From Methanobacteriota archaeon (GTDB lineage Archaea; JAADCQ01; Methanopyri; Methanopyrales; Methanopyraceae): a stretch of DNA of 64,000 bases. Positions 1 to 9,635 of the stretch are shown piece after piece. The position numbers were made by a program, and so were the translations under genes. The notes beneath the pieces are model-generated. The model had not been told where the DNA came from, did not search any database, and was given only the letters and a program-made list of their open reading frames with translations. The stretch covers positions 100,607 to 164,606 of the forward strand of contig JAMOPO010000003.1 of NCBI GenBank assembly GCA_027064425.1. Reading direction: 5' to 3'. Position 1 is the first letter of the stretch. Each line of letters opens with the position of its first letter.

Positions 1-310
1 GGGGTGGACCCGGTCCCCTCGGGGCCGGCTTCCCCCGGCCGACCTGCCTCCGGCGACCCCCGAGCGGCCGCGGGTCCGGGGTGGGCTGCTCCCTCTCGGG
101 CCTGACCCGGTGCCCCGGCAAAGGCGGTGGCACGCCGCCCTCCGGCGGCGGCCCCGCCACCCCGGGCCCCCGGGGGGCCGGAGGGTCATCGGTCGGTCCG
201 GGGGGGCCGGGCCCCCGAGGGGACCGGGCCGCCCCCTCGGCTTCGGCCCCCGCATGAGGCGGATTTCGGGTGACAGCGGACCGCCAGCCCGCCGGCCTAG
301 CCCGCCGCCG
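1..310 (-). ncRNA. ffs: Archaeal SRP (7S) RNA, 3' end truncated by the window edge
   Basis: The minus strand begins GGGCTAGGCCGG..CTGTCACCCGAAATCCGCC..ATGCGGGGGCCGAAGCC (archaeal Alu domain). It contains the helix-8 SRP54 motif GTCAGGCCC-GAGA-GGGAGCAGC at about 85-106. The 5' end is approximate. Confidence 0.92.
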
Positions 311-330
311 TTGATCCCGGTGAGTCATCA

Positions 331-347
331 CAATTTAACGGTTTGGG
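331..347 (-). promoter_or_regulatory. Putative BRE/TATA promoter of SRP RNA
   Basis: Minus strand CCCAAACCGTTAAATTG is an AT-rich island about 25 nt upstream of the SRP RNA 5' end. Confidence 0.6.
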
Positions 348-350
348 TCG

Positions 351-830
351 TCACTCGCGCGCCACGTACACGTACGCCTCGCACTCCCCGAGCGGCGTTT
401 CGACGCGCTCCCTCCTCCGCTCGTACAGGGCGGGGTAACCCTCGTACCGGTCTATCTCGCGGATTTCCTCGTCACTGAGTCCCACCAGCAGCACCCCGGA
501 GACGCGAGACCCCTCCTTCTCGCGGATGGTGTTGTACCGGTTCCCCACGTCCTCCAGCGCGAGCTCGTAACCCTTCAGCACCGCCGGGTACACCATGTAA
601 GGGACCCGGCCGATGACGGACGCCACGGTTTCCGGATCCGTCAGCGTGCCGTAGGCGAACACGCGCTCCGGGGGCAAATCTTTAGGCACTTCATCCTCCG
701 GGCCGACGACGATCGCTTCCCCGCTGCTCTGGATGACGAACCGTAAGATGGCGCGCTCGTCTTCTTCCTCGTCCTCCTTCGGGAGGATCATCAGCCTGCC
801 GCCGCGGCCCACGTACACGTGAACCTTCAC
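351..830 (-). CDS. Gamma-glutamylcyclotransferase (AIG2/GGCT-like) family protein
   Basis: FAYGTL and IDRYEGYP..YER motifs. Start uncertain: there is an alternative GTG at 689 with a GGAGG SD. Confidence 0.8.
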   Translation of the reverse strand: MKVHVYVGRGGRLMILPKEDEEEDERAILRFVIQSSGEAIVVGPEDEVPKDLPPERVFAYGTLTDPETVASVIGRVPYMVYPAVLKGYELALEDVGNRYNTIREKEGSRVSGVLLVGLSDEEIREIDRYEGYPALYERRRERVETPLGECEAYVYVARE

Positions 831-866
831 ACGGCATCCCGGGGACCCGGTGCCGTGAGCGGGCTT

Positions 867-2522
867 ATGCGTTTGTCGTTCAGACTACCTGGGGCGAGGA
901 CCTGCGCGGTAGCCTGGGCACTCGCGACGCTCGCAACGCTCGCGGCCTCTCCCCGGCTAACGGCGTACGCGCTCCTCCCCGTGCTAGGCTGCCTCTGCAC
1001 GGTCCTCTCCGACCGGGTACGAGGCCGTGACGTGCCCGTCAACCGGTGGGTGTTCACCTGGGCGATCGCCGGCACGCTCGACCTGGTGGGAGCCGCTCTC
1101 GCGACCCTGGCACCCGCCGTCCTGGCGGCGGCTCGGGGACTCTCCTCCACGCTCCTGTCGCTGTCACTGCTCGGCACGGTCGAGCGGTCCCCGATCAGGA
1201 GCGCCGCCGTCCTCCTCTACCTGGCGGCGAGCGCCATCCCGCTGTCGAGGGTGGCCAAGACGTCGCCGCTGCTCCCCCTCCTTCCATCTCTGACCGGGTG
1301 GGTCATCGCCGCCCTCGCGATAACGGTCCTGGACACGGTCACCAAGGCCTCGCTGGGGATCGGTACCACGGAGGCGCTGGCGGAGTTTCTCAAGTTCAAG
1401 TCTGGCCGTAAGCACTCCCTGGACGCGATCTTCCGCCGGCTCAGCACGGTGACGCGCGTGACCGTCCCCGTGCGAGTCCTCGCCTTCCTAAGCTCCGGAA
1501 AGGTCGTAGGATGCTTCGTGATACCCTGGGTTCACCCGGGCCCGGTGGGGAAGATCGGGGGCGGAGACCTACCCGGTCGGATCGTGAGGAGGCTGCTCAA
1601 GCGGGGCGTGGTACCGCTCGTATTCCACTCCACGACCACGCACGACTTCAACCCAGTGGACCGTCGCGAGGCCGAGAAGGTCGTCGACGCGGTGGTCGAG
1701 CTGGTTCGGCGGGCGGAGGGCTCCCGCGGGTCCGCACGCGCGTCCCGGGCCGTGCGTGGGAGCGAGACGGACTCGATCGGCCAGGTGCTGGGGAACCGGT
1801 TGTTCCTGGTCCTCTCCAAGTACCCTGAGCCCAGCGACGATATTGACCCCGCGACCGGCGTCTACATCGAGGCCAGGACGGGCGCGTGGGTGGTGGACGG
1901 TCACAACTGCTTCGGCGACCCCGAGGAGGGCCGCGTGCACGCGTTCTCCCCGGACTTCTGGCGGCTGCTGAACGACGCGCTCTCCATCTCGGACCAGGTG
2001 GAGGCGACCACCGGCCTTCGAGCCGGGTTCGCTCACGCGGATCCGGAGCTGGGGCCGGAGTCAGGAGTGGGCAGCGGTGGAGTCTCGGTGGCGGCGGTGG
2101 AGGTGGACGATCATCGGACGCTGTACGTGGTCCTGGACTCGAACAGCATAGTCAGGGAGCTGAAGGAGCGCATCGAGCGGGAGCTGTCAGACCTTGCGGA
2201 TGAGGTAGTGGTGTGTACCTCGGACTCGCACGAGGTGAACCCGCGCGGATATAACCCGGTTGGCGACGCGCTGGTGAAGGCGGACGAGGAGCTCGTCCGG
2301 GCCGTAAGGGAGGCGGCTGAACGGGCGGTTGACGGGCTCAAGCCCTGCGAGGTCGTGGAGCTGGAGGAGTGGGTCGAGGTCGCGGTCACCGGCCCGGGCA
2401 GCTTCCAGCAGCTGTCTCACTCCGTCAAGGTCGCCCAAAGGATGGTCAAGATACTCCTCCCCGCGGTCTTCCTGGGGGTGACGGTTCTTTCCACGGTCAC
2501 CGGGCTCTGGCTCCCGGGCTGA
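867..2522 (+). CDS. DUF2070-family membrane protein
   Basis: N-terminal TM helices, then HPGP..IGG.DLP, HxTTTHDFNP, DGHNC, DSN and TSDSH motifs, and a C-terminal TM helix. Start approximate. Confidence 0.75.
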   Translation: MRLSFRLPGARTCAVAWALATLATLAASPRLTAYALLPVLGCLCTVLSDRVRGRDVPVNRWVFTWAIAGTLDLVGAALATLAPAVLAAARGLSSTLLSLSLLGTVERSPIRSAAVLLYLAASAIPLSRVAKTSPLLPLLPSLTGWVIAALAITVLDTVTKASLGIGTTEALAEFLKFKSGRKHSLDAIFRRLSTVTRVTVPVRVLAFLSSGKVVGCFVIPWVHPGPVGKIGGGDLPGRIVRRLLKRGVVPLVFHSTTTHDFNPVDRREAEKVVDAVVELVRRAEGSRGSARASRAVRGSETDSIGQVLGNRLFLVLSKYPEPSDDIDPATGVYIEARTGAWVVDGHNCFGDPEEGRVHAFSPDFWRLLNDALSISDQVEATTGLRAGFAHADPELGPESGVGSGGVSVAAVEVDDHRTLYVVLDSNSIVRELKERIERELSDLADEVVVCTSDSHEVNPRGYNPVGDALVKADEELVRAVREAAERAVDGLKPCEVVELEEWVEVAVTGPGSFQQLSHSVKVAQRMVKILLPAVFLGVTVLSTVTGLWLPG

Positions 2523-2523
2523 C

Positions 2524-3612
2524 GTGTACTGCACGGCGTTCGGACTCGGGTTCGGCCACGCCTCGCGGGTGCTGGGGATCACCCGGGAGCTGCTGAGGCT
2601 GGAGGCTGACGTCGTGCTGAGCTCCTTCGGGGAGGGGTGGAGGCTGCTCACCAGGGAGCTGCCCGACGCGACCGTGTACAGGATCCCGACGATCGAGATC
2701 TTCTCCCGCTCGGGCTCCTTCAGCGTAGTTCACGTGCTGAAGCGGCACCCCGATCTCCCGCTGCGGTTCTACGCCGGGCTCGAGCTGGACATGAGGATAA
2801 TCCGGCGGCACGGCTGCCGGGTGGTAGTGTCCGACTGCCAGTTCCACGCGCTGGCGGCGGCGCGCCTGCTGGACGTGCCCGTCGTGCTGATCACCAACCT
2901 CCTCCGGGTCCCGAACGCCGACCCGGCCTCGAGGCTAGTGAATTGGTTCCTGCGGGAGTTTCTCAGCCTGGCCGACGTCGTGATCGTCCCCGATGCGCCC
3001 TTCGACGAGTCCACCGATCTCGACGCGGAGGTGGTCTGGGTGGGACCGATCCTCCGGGTCCGGCCGGACGAGCTCCCCGGCGAGCGGGAGATCAGGGAGC
3101 GCTTCGGTCTGCCTGAGGACACGCCGATCGTCCTAGTCACGGCCGGCGGTTCCCCGCACGGTAGACGGATCGTGGAGCTCGCCGTCGAGGGGATCAGGCG
3201 ACTCGAGGAGGATGTGTTCACGATCGTCGTGAGCAGCGGGCTGGGAGCCGAGATCCTGCGCGGGATTCCGGGCCGGGTCCTCAGCTACGTGGACAACTTG
3301 ATGGAACTGATCAAGGTGGCGGACGTGGTGGTCACTCACGGCGGGCACACCACCATCTCCGAGTGCGCCTGCCTAAGGACGCCGGTCGTGTCCATCCCAC
3401 TGCCCGGGCATCCGGAGCAGCTGATGAACGCCCGCCGGGTGGAGGAGCGGCGGCTGGGGGTCGCCCTGATGCCTGAGGACCTCTCGCCGGTCCGGGTGGC
3501 CGAGGCTATAAGGGATGCGATGGGCAGCCGGGTACCGCGGGCGCGATTGATGGACGGCAGGGGGGCGGAACGGGCTGCCCGCATCGTCCGGGAGGCAATG
3601 GACGCGCCGTGA
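2524..3612 (+). CDS. GT-B glycosyltransferase (MurG/GT28-like, MJ1255 type)
   Basis: GLGFGHASR N-terminal motif and ADVVVTHGGHTTISE...P.HPEQ..NA C-terminal motif. Confidence 0.85.
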   Translation: MYCTAFGLGFGHASRVLGITRELLRLEADVVLSSFGEGWRLLTRELPDATVYRIPTIEIFSRSGSFSVVHVLKRHPDLPLRFYAGLELDMRIIRRHGCRVVVSDCQFHALAAARLLDVPVVLITNLLRVPNADPASRLVNWFLREFLSLADVVIVPDAPFDESTDLDAEVVWVGPILRVRPDELPGEREIRERFGLPEDTPIVLVTAGGSPHGRRIVELAVEGIRRLEEDVFTIVVSSGLGAEILRGIPGRVLSYVDNLMELIKVADVVVTHGGHTTISECACLRTPVVSIPLPGHPEQLMNARRVEERRLGVALMPEDLSPVRVAEAIRDAMGSRVPRARLMDGRGAERAARIVREAMDAP

Positions 3613-4174
3613 GGTAGGCCGGCAGCTGATACACATCGGGTTCGGGCTGCTGTTCATGGTCCCCCTGCACCTGCTCGGCCCGATCAAGTTCTGCCTGTTC
3701 TTGCTCGCGATCCTCATCCCTGGTTTGGCCGTGTCCGCCTGCGTGCGCCGCGGGATTTACGTTCCGCTGATCACGGAGCTGGTGGAGACGTTCGAGCGAC
3801 CAGAGGAGATGGAGCTGCCCGGGCAGGGCACCCTGCACTTCCTCACCGGCGTGCTGGTCGCGACCGCCATCGCCCGGCAGGTCCAGATCGTGGACGTGGC
3901 GATCATCGTGCTGGCGGTGGGGGACGGCGTGTCCACGATCGTGGGGGTTCCGTTCGGCCGAACGCCGCTCCCCCACAACCCGGACAAGAGCTTAGAGGGC
4001 AGCCTGGCCGGCTTCGTCTCCGCGGCCGCGCTGGCCTCCATCTGGACGCGAGACCCGGCCGCGTCCGTGCTGGCCTCCCTAGTGGGGACCGCGGTGGAGA
4101 CGCTGCCGGCGCTGAACGATAACGTCACCATTCCCATCGCCGTCTCTCTGTTCCTCCTCTGGTGGTGGTCCTGA
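3575..4174 (+). CDS. Dolichol/polyprenol kinase (SEC59/CTP-transferase-like) membrane protein
   Basis: GDG.STIVG..FG, NPDKSLEGS and DNVTIP motifs. The family-like RE..RQLIH segment lies upstream of the first ATG (3656), so a CTG start at 3575 is proposed. Confidence 0.8.
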   Translation: MPASSGRQWTRREVGRQLIHIGFGLLFMVPLHLLGPIKFCLFLLAILIPGLAVSACVRRGIYVPLITELVETFERPEEMELPGQGTLHFLTGVLVATAIARQVQIVDVAIIVLAVGDGVSTIVGVPFGRTPLPHNPDKSLEGSLAGFVSAAALASIWTRDPAASVLASLVGTAVETLPALNDNVTIPIAVSLFLLWWWS

Positions 4175-5100
4175 TGAGACTGGCGATCACCGCGGCGGCC
4201 TCAGCCGCCGCCCTTGTCCTCGTGATGCTGTGGGGACCGGACTACCTTGCGCCCGCCGCGCTCATCCTGGAGGGGGGTAGCAAGCCGAAAGTGGTGGCGT
4301 TCTTGCTTCTGATGACCCTGACATCGGCCGCCGCGATCCTCCTCAGACTCCCCGATCGCAGGTGGGAGCTCGCACTCCTAATTCTCCCGTTCCTATCGAA
4401 CGCCCTCCACTGCGTCGGGGTGAGCTTGTCCGGGCTGCCGACGACCGTGGAGGTGTTCGTGTTCGACGGCACGAAGCTGGAGGGGGACTCGCCCTTCCAC
4501 ACCCACGTGGGCAAGTCTGCGGTCTCCACGGTGCTGCCCAGCTCCGCCGAGCCCGTCTCCGCGCACTCCGGCCGCTCGCTGTGCCGGGTTTACCCGGCGT
4601 CCGTCCGGGCCGCCGAGCTGGCGGTCGTAACCACCTCAGTGGTCCTCGCGGCCGCCGCCAGCCGCGGCCCGGTGACGTGCTTCGCCGGCTCCCTGCTGGC
4701 GATGAGCACGGTGGACGGGGGAGGATTCTCCCTTCCCTACATCAACGGGTGCTGGCTGATGGCCCTGACCGAGGCCGCTCGGGGAGGGAAGGTGGAGTCG
4801 GCGACGTTCGGCTTGGCAGCCCTGCTGTCCCCCTACGCCAAGATGGTGCTCGGGACTGAGGTCACGGCCCGGTACTACGGGTCGCGCTGGGACCGGATCC
4901 ACGTGATCCCGGTGAACGTGCCCAAGCCGGTGCTGACCGAGGCGGGCGCCAGGCCGCTCGGACCCGGCGTTTACGCCATCAGGGCCCGAGACAGGTGCGC
5001 CTTCCTGCGCGGGCTCGAGCGCGGGCTGCGCGAGAGGAGGTGCCGGTGGGCCGAGGTCCTTCTGGTCCCAAACATCGGGGCGCACCTTACGACCGGCTGA
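4174..5100 (+). CDS. Uncharacterised multi-pass membrane protein
   Basis: Several hydrophobic segments, TGATG coupling to the upstream gene, no recognised motif. Confidence 0.6.
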   Translation: MRLAITAAASAAALVLVMLWGPDYLAPAALILEGGSKPKVVAFLLLMTLTSAAAILLRLPDRRWELALLILPFLSNALHCVGVSLSGLPTTVEVFVFDGTKLEGDSPFHTHVGKSAVSTVLPSSAEPVSAHSGRSLCRVYPASVRAAELAVVTTSVVLAAAASRGPVTCFAGSLLAMSTVDGGGFSLPYINGCWLMALTEAARGGKVESATFGLAALLSPYAKMVLGTEVTARYYGSRWDRIHVIPVNVPKPVLTEAGARPLGPGVYAIRARDRCAFLRGLERGLRERRCRWAEVLLVPNIGAHLTTG

Positions 5101-5548
5101 CCCGACTCTCAACGAACTCCCTGAGAAGGTCTCTCTCAACTCCCAGGGCCTCGGCCAGCCTGTCCGTCGCCTCCCGGACGAAGTCCTCAACGACCTCCTC
5201 CAGCTCCCGCTCCACCTCCTCCAACTCCTCCTCCAGTTCCTCAGAAGACCCGCTCAGCTTGGACTTCGACTTGCGCAGCTCCTCGTTGATGCGGTCCGCC
5301 CTCCGGCGGAGCTCGCGCACCTTCTGATCGACCTCCATCTCCCGCTCTACGACGCCGACGACCTCTTCGAAGTCGAACTCAGCCCGCACGATCCGCGTGA
5401 GCAGCCGGTCGAATTCGTCCTCCCCTAGGCGCCCTCGTAGGTGCTCGGTGAGCTCCTCCAGGAACCGCTCGACTCGGAGGGAGGTCTTCGGGTCCAGCTC
5501 TCGCAGCTTCCTGCCGAGCTCGGCCGGGTACGCCTTGAACGCTCTCAG
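5087..5548 (-). CDS. Uncharacterised acidic coiled-coil protein
   Basis: The frame is open from CTG 5548, which overlaps the upstream stop (CTGA) and follows a GGTGAGGGG SD. Glu-rich heptads. Confidence 0.7.
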   Translation of the reverse strand: MRAFKAYPAELGRKLRELDPKTSLRVERFLEELTEHLRGRLGEDEFDRLLTRIVRAEFDFEEVVGVVEREMEVDQKVRELRRRADRINEELRKSKSKLSGSSEELEEELEEVERELEEVVEDFVREATDRLAEALGVERDLLREFVESRVSRS

Positions 5549-6762
5549 CTCCCCTCACCCGCCCTGCGCTCCAGCTCCTCGATCCGAATGGGCAGCCGGT
5601 CCTCGGGGGATATCTTGCGGATGTACCTGCGCCTGAACCTCGGATCCTGCATCCGGCATCGGTCGCTCCAGCGCTTCCACTCCGGGTGCGAGGTGAGCCT
5701 CTTCCACGCCTTCTTGAGCCCTACCTCGCGCACGTTGCCGAACGAGATCGGGGTAAAGTCGCAGGGGGTTACCTCCCCGTCGTTGGTCACGTGACACTGG
5801 ACGTAGCCCGCGAAGCACCCCGACCCGTGCCGGCTGTTCACGTACGACATCACGGACACGCGCGGGCCCGACCGCTTGTCCCGGTTCCATCGTAGGTGCA
5901 GGTCAACGAGCTCCTCCCGGTGGCGCTTGGACAGGATGACGTCCTCCCGGTGGAGCAGGCGGCCGGTGGGCACGGCGTCGAACACGGTAACCTCGTGCAC
6001 ACCCAGCCGGGCGGCCAGCCTGAGGAGGTCCTCCACCTTGCCGGTCTCAACGGCCTCCGGGGTGGCGTACGTTGAAATGCCCACGAGCACGCCCGCATCC
6101 AGGCAGGCTCGAATACCCTCCAGGCACCGGTCGAAGAGCCCCGGAACCCCGCGCAGCTCGTCGTGCTCCTCCGGATCGGGGCTGTCGATGCTCACGTGGA
6201 CCGCGTAGACGCCCGCCTCGGCGAGCTCGTCGACCCGCTCCCGCAGGTTGTACCCCGCGGTGAACACCGCTGCGATCGCCTTGTCAGGGTCGACGCTCGA
6301 GATCAGCTCGGGCAGATCCTCCCTCAGCAGCGGGTCACCTCCGGTGAAGGTCACGTTGTACGTGCCGAGGTCCAGAGCGTCCTCGATGACCTCCTTCCAC
6401 TCCTTGGTGGACAGCTCCTTCCGGCTCCTCCGGGCCGCGCTGCAGTGCACGCAGTTGCACGGACACCTGGCGGTCACGGCCATGGTGATGGCCTCGGGGA
6501 TCCGGCGCCTGAGCAGCTCGGACTTCAGCCTGGCCTTAATCAGCCGGATGAAAGCCTTGCTGGGGAGCGGGGGTAGGTACAGGGAGAAAACTATCCTGTC
6601 CTCTAGGACGGCGGCCGGCTTCTCCTCCTCCAGGTGCCTGAGCAGCTTCTTGAGCGGGCTCAAGAGCCTCGCCAGCCGGCCCGAGAGCTCGAAGCTAACC
6701 TCTCCCTCGTTCACCACGGCCTCCAGCCTCACGCCCGGCTTATCGACCAGAGTCACTCGCAA
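5545..6762 (-). CDS. Radical SAM protein with SPASM/twitch-like C-terminus
   Basis: CPCNCVHC (CxxxCxxC), TGGDPLLR and GCFAG...GEVTPCDF. Confidence 0.88.
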   Translation of the reverse strand: MRVTLVDKPGVRLEAVVNEGEVSFELSGRLARLLSPLKKLLRHLEEEKPAAVLEDRIVFSLYLPPLPSKAFIRLIKARLKSELLRRRIPEAITMAVTARCPCNCVHCSAARRSRKELSTKEWKEVIEDALDLGTYNVTFTGGDPLLREDLPELISSVDPDKAIAAVFTAGYNLRERVDELAEAGVYAVHVSIDSPDPEEHDELRGVPGLFDRCLEGIRACLDAGVLVGISTYATPEAVETGKVEDLLRLAARLGVHEVTVFDAVPTGRLLHREDVILSKRHREELVDLHLRWNRDKRSGPRVSVMSYVNSRHGSGCFAGYVQCHVTNDGEVTPCDFTPISFGNVREVGLKKAWKRLTSHPEWKRWSDRCRMQDPRFRRRYIRKISPEDRLPIRIEELERRAGEGS

Positions 6763-6768
6763 GGCGCG

Positions 6769-7842
6769 CTAGAGCCCCAGTCCGCGGTGAGGTATCCGAA
6801 TGTTGAGGATGAGCAGGGCCAGCGCCGCCAGCGTGACCGTGGTCACGATCTTGGAGGCGGCCTCCCGGCCCAGCACCTCGCGAAGCGCCTCCTCCAGGAT
6901 CCTTCCCCCGTCCAGGGGCTTGATCGGCAGTAGGTTGGCCACGCCGACACCCAGGGACAGCAGCCCCAGCAGGTTCAGGAAGGCCAGCAGGTCGATCGCG
7001 ACCTCGGACACCCGGTAGCCACCGAAGTTGGGTATCACGTACACGCCCAGCACGGGCCTGCCCCGCCACAGCCTCACCTTAACGCGCTTGGTACCCCGAT
7101 CCGTCTTCACCGTGACCGTCTCGCCGGGCCTGTGACGGCCCACCTCGTTCCTAAGGTCCTGGATAGTGCTCACCTGTTTGCCCTCCACGCTAACTATCCG
7201 CTCGCCCGGCTCGAGCGGGACGTCCTTGAACACCTTCCCGTGGACGATGACCCCGCTGCCCGCCAGTACGGGGGCGTAGGCGAGCAGGGTCACGAGCGCC
7301 CAGCAGACGAAGTACGTGAGCACGTTGAACGCCGGGCCGGCGCTCAGGATCTCGATGCGGTGCCTAAGCCGGGCCCGCTCGAACTCCTCCCGATCCGGCT
7401 CGACGAACGCGCCGGGGAAGATCAGGAGCAGGAAAAACCCGACGCGCCGAATCCTGACACCGGTCAGCCGGAGCGCCACCGCGTGCCCCAGCTCGTGAAC
7501 GATGAGTATGGTTGCGAGCGACACCGCCCCGGAGACCAGCGGTATCGTCACGCCCGGGAGCAGGGGCACGAACTCGCCACTCCCCGGTCCCGACGTCGCG
7601 ATCCCCCTCACCAGCAGGAACGTCGCCAGGCCGAGCCCGGCCACTCCTATCACCGGGGAGAGCTTAACCAGTACCCGGAGGATCACCCCCGACCGGCCGC
7701 TGACCAGCCGCTCCAGCCCGGGCACCCGGTCGGTGTACTTGTAGAGGACTCCCCACCGGAACTCCATTCCCAGGATCCTGCCCAGACCCGCGGCGACGGC
7801 GATCGCGATCGCCAGCGCCAGGATGGTGCTTACCTCCACCAC
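6769..7842 (-). CDS. Site-2 protease (M50) with PDZ-like insert
   Basis: HELGH zinc motif, GAFVEP, AGP..N and NLLPIKPLDGG. Confidence 0.92.
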   Translation of the reverse strand: MVEVSTILALAIAIAVAAGLGRILGMEFRWGVLYKYTDRVPGLERLVSGRSGVILRVLVKLSPVIGVAGLGLATFLLVRGIATSGPGSGEFVPLLPGVTIPLVSGAVSLATILIVHELGHAVALRLTGVRIRRVGFFLLLIFPGAFVEPDREEFERARLRHRIEILSAGPAFNVLTYFVCWALVTLLAYAPVLAGSGVIVHGKVFKDVPLEPGERIVSVEGKQVSTIQDLRNEVGRHRPGETVTVKTDRGTKRVKVRLWRGRPVLGVYVIPNFGGYRVSEVAIDLLAFLNLLGLLSLGVGVANLLPIKPLDGGRILEEALREVLGREAASKIVTTVTLAALALLILNIRIPHRGLGL

Positions 7843-7865
7843 AACGCCCCCAGGAGTGATCCACG

Positions 7866-8549
7866 ATGAAGGAGGTCAGGTACTCCGACGAGCGTTGGAA
7901 GCTTCTGGAGAAGCTCCGCGAGAAGGCCCGCCGAGTGGTCGAAACGCTCTCCAACCTGGGGCTGGAGGGCTGGGTGCACGGTAGCGTGGCTCGAGGTGAC
8001 GTCAGGAAGGGCAGTGACGTGGACGTGTTCGTCCCCCAACCGGTGTCCCCACACACCGTTGACGCTCTGGTTGAGTCCGCCCCGTACGAGGTCCTTAAGA
8101 TTGTGGCCACGCTGCCCACGCCCAGGGACTGCGTCCGGGTCAAGGTCAAGATGGAAGGCGACGTGGAGGTCACCGTCCCCATCACGACACCCTCGGACCG
8201 GGAGCTCGAGTTCTACGACTTCTCCGGTAAGCTGACACCCGAGGCGCTGGACCGGGACGAGCGCGTGCCCGGTGTCAACAAGCAGCTCAGGATGATCGAG
8301 CCCCGGCCGTGGGGCCACGTCGAGTACTCCATTCTCGGTCGGGAAGGCGAGGTGGCCTCCAAGCTGGGGATCAGCGTGCAGCTCGTCAACGAGCGGATCA
8401 AGGCCCTCACGCGCAGGGATAAAGTAGGTGTCCAGGGGGTCCACGCCAAGGTCGAGGGTCGGCCGGGTGAGCCCACGGTCGAACTGCTCCGGCGGCTGGC
8501 CCGGAGCAACCCCAAGGCGGCGGAGAAGCTCTCGGACCTGGGGGTGTAA
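7866..8549 (+). CDS. Pol-beta-family nucleotidyltransferase (COG2413-like)
   Basis: GSVARGDV...SDVD motif and RVPGVNKQL. Confidence 0.85.
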   Translation: MKEVRYSDERWKLLEKLREKARRVVETLSNLGLEGWVHGSVARGDVRKGSDVDVFVPQPVSPHTVDALVESAPYEVLKIVATLPTPRDCVRVKVKMEGDVEVTVPITTPSDRELEFYDFSGKLTPEALDRDERVPGVNKQLRMIEPRPWGHVEYSILGREGEVASKLGISVQLVNERIKALTRRDKVGVQGVHAKVEGRPGEPTVELLRRLARSNPKAAEKLSDLGV

Positions 8550-8551
8550 CC

Positions 8552-9175
8552 GTGGGAACCGTCACACCGGAGGATCCGCGCATCCGGTTGCTCCTGTCCT
8601 TCGTCGGTTACGCGAAGGATCGGGCGTCCTCCGGCGCCTACTCCGACGTGAACCGGCGCCAGCTATTGGAGGTCCTGGAGAAGCTTGAGTCCAAGCTGCA
8701 GGAGATCCGCTACTCGTACCTACCATCGAGCCAGGTCGCTGAGGAGCTCTCCGGGCTGCGCTCGGAGCTCGAGGACGCCGCGAATCCGGAGGAGCCCGAC
8801 CTCCGCTGGCTGCTCGAGTACCTGGAGCACGCCGATCGCCTGTTCGAGCGCGAGGCCGAGGATGAGGCCGACGCCGTGCTGTGCACGGTGTGTGAGGTGC
8901 TGAGCGTGCGAGACCACCCGGAGGCCGACAACCTCTGGATCACGACCGTGAACGCCGGGGACTTCGGTAAGAGGACCGTGGTGACGAACCTCGAGGATGT
9001 GGATGAGGGGGACTCGATGGCGCTGGCCCTGCTCCCGCCGCGGGAGTTCATGGGGGTCGTCAGCGAGGGGATGTTCTGCGGTGAGGCCGAGGGTGACCCC
9101 GGAGAAATCATAGAGCCCCCTGACCGTGGCGAGGTCCGAAGCGCGGTGATGGAGTGGTTGGAGGGGGAGCGATGA
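8552..9175 (+). CDS. tRNA-binding OB-fold (EMAP/Trbp-like) protein
   Basis: C-terminal SVRDHPEADNL...VVTN...LLPPREFMGVVSEGMF. Confidence 0.85.
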   Translation: MGTVTPEDPRIRLLLSFVGYAKDRASSGAYSDVNRRQLLEVLEKLESKLQEIRYSYLPSSQVAEELSGLRSELEDAANPEEPDLRWLLEYLEHADRLFEREAEDEADAVLCTVCEVLSVRDHPEADNLWITTVNAGDFGKRTVVTNLEDVDEGDSMALALLPPREFMGVVSEGMFCGEAEGDPGEIIEPPDRGEVRSAVMEWLEGER

Positions 9176-9591
9176 CGATGGTTGACCCGGAGGACCTGAC
9201 CTACCGCGAAAAGCTCGTCCTGCTGGCCCTGTACGAGGAGTTCGACGGTGGCCCGGCCGGCGTGAAGAGGCTGGCGCCGGTGGTCCACATGGACAAGACC
9301 AAGGTGGCGCGGGCGCTCAACGAGCTCGAAGAGAAGGGGCTGGTCGAGTTCGAGCACATGAAGGGCCGGTGGCTCACCGAGGAGGGCGAGAAGGTCGCTA
9401 AGGAGATCTCCAAGGAGATGGACCTTCCGAAGGACGAGGGACCGTACCAGTGCTCCGAGTGCGGTCGGAAGTACAAGCACCTGCGGCTGAAGTGCGCGGT
9501 CTGCGGTGGTGAGATCGAGGTCAACAAGGATCATCCAGACGCGGCCAAGGCGGAGTGGAACCTGGAGCGCGCTCGGAAGGGATACCTCTAA
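9172..9591 (+). CDS. Winged-helix (MarR/TrmB-like) regulator with C-terminal Zn ribbon
   Basis: KTKVARALNELEEKGLVE...LTEEG HTH-wing and CSEC...CAVC. Confidence 0.75.
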   Translation: MTMVDPEDLTYREKLVLLALYEEFDGGPAGVKRLAPVVHMDKTKVARALNELEEKGLVEFEHMKGRWLTEEGEKVAKEISKEMDLPKDEGPYQCSECGRKYKHLRLKCAVCGGEIEVNKDHPDAAKAEWNLERARKGYL

Positions 9592-9615
9592 TCCCTCCCC
9601 ACGCGCCCGCGCAAT

Positions 9616-9634
9616 CGTTCTTGGGGAGCTAACG
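9616..9634. repeat. Degenerate copy of the 19-bp palindrome (CGTT-N11-AACG) over the lysS RBS
   Basis: CGTTCTT-GGGGA-GCTAACG has the same length and outer arms as the perfect copies. Confidence 0.5.
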
Positions 9635-9635
9635 T

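Noticed and set aside
110-478. Pro/Arg/Gly-rich ORF
   Set aside because: Antisense to the SRP RNA and the GGCT gene, with non-protein-like composition.
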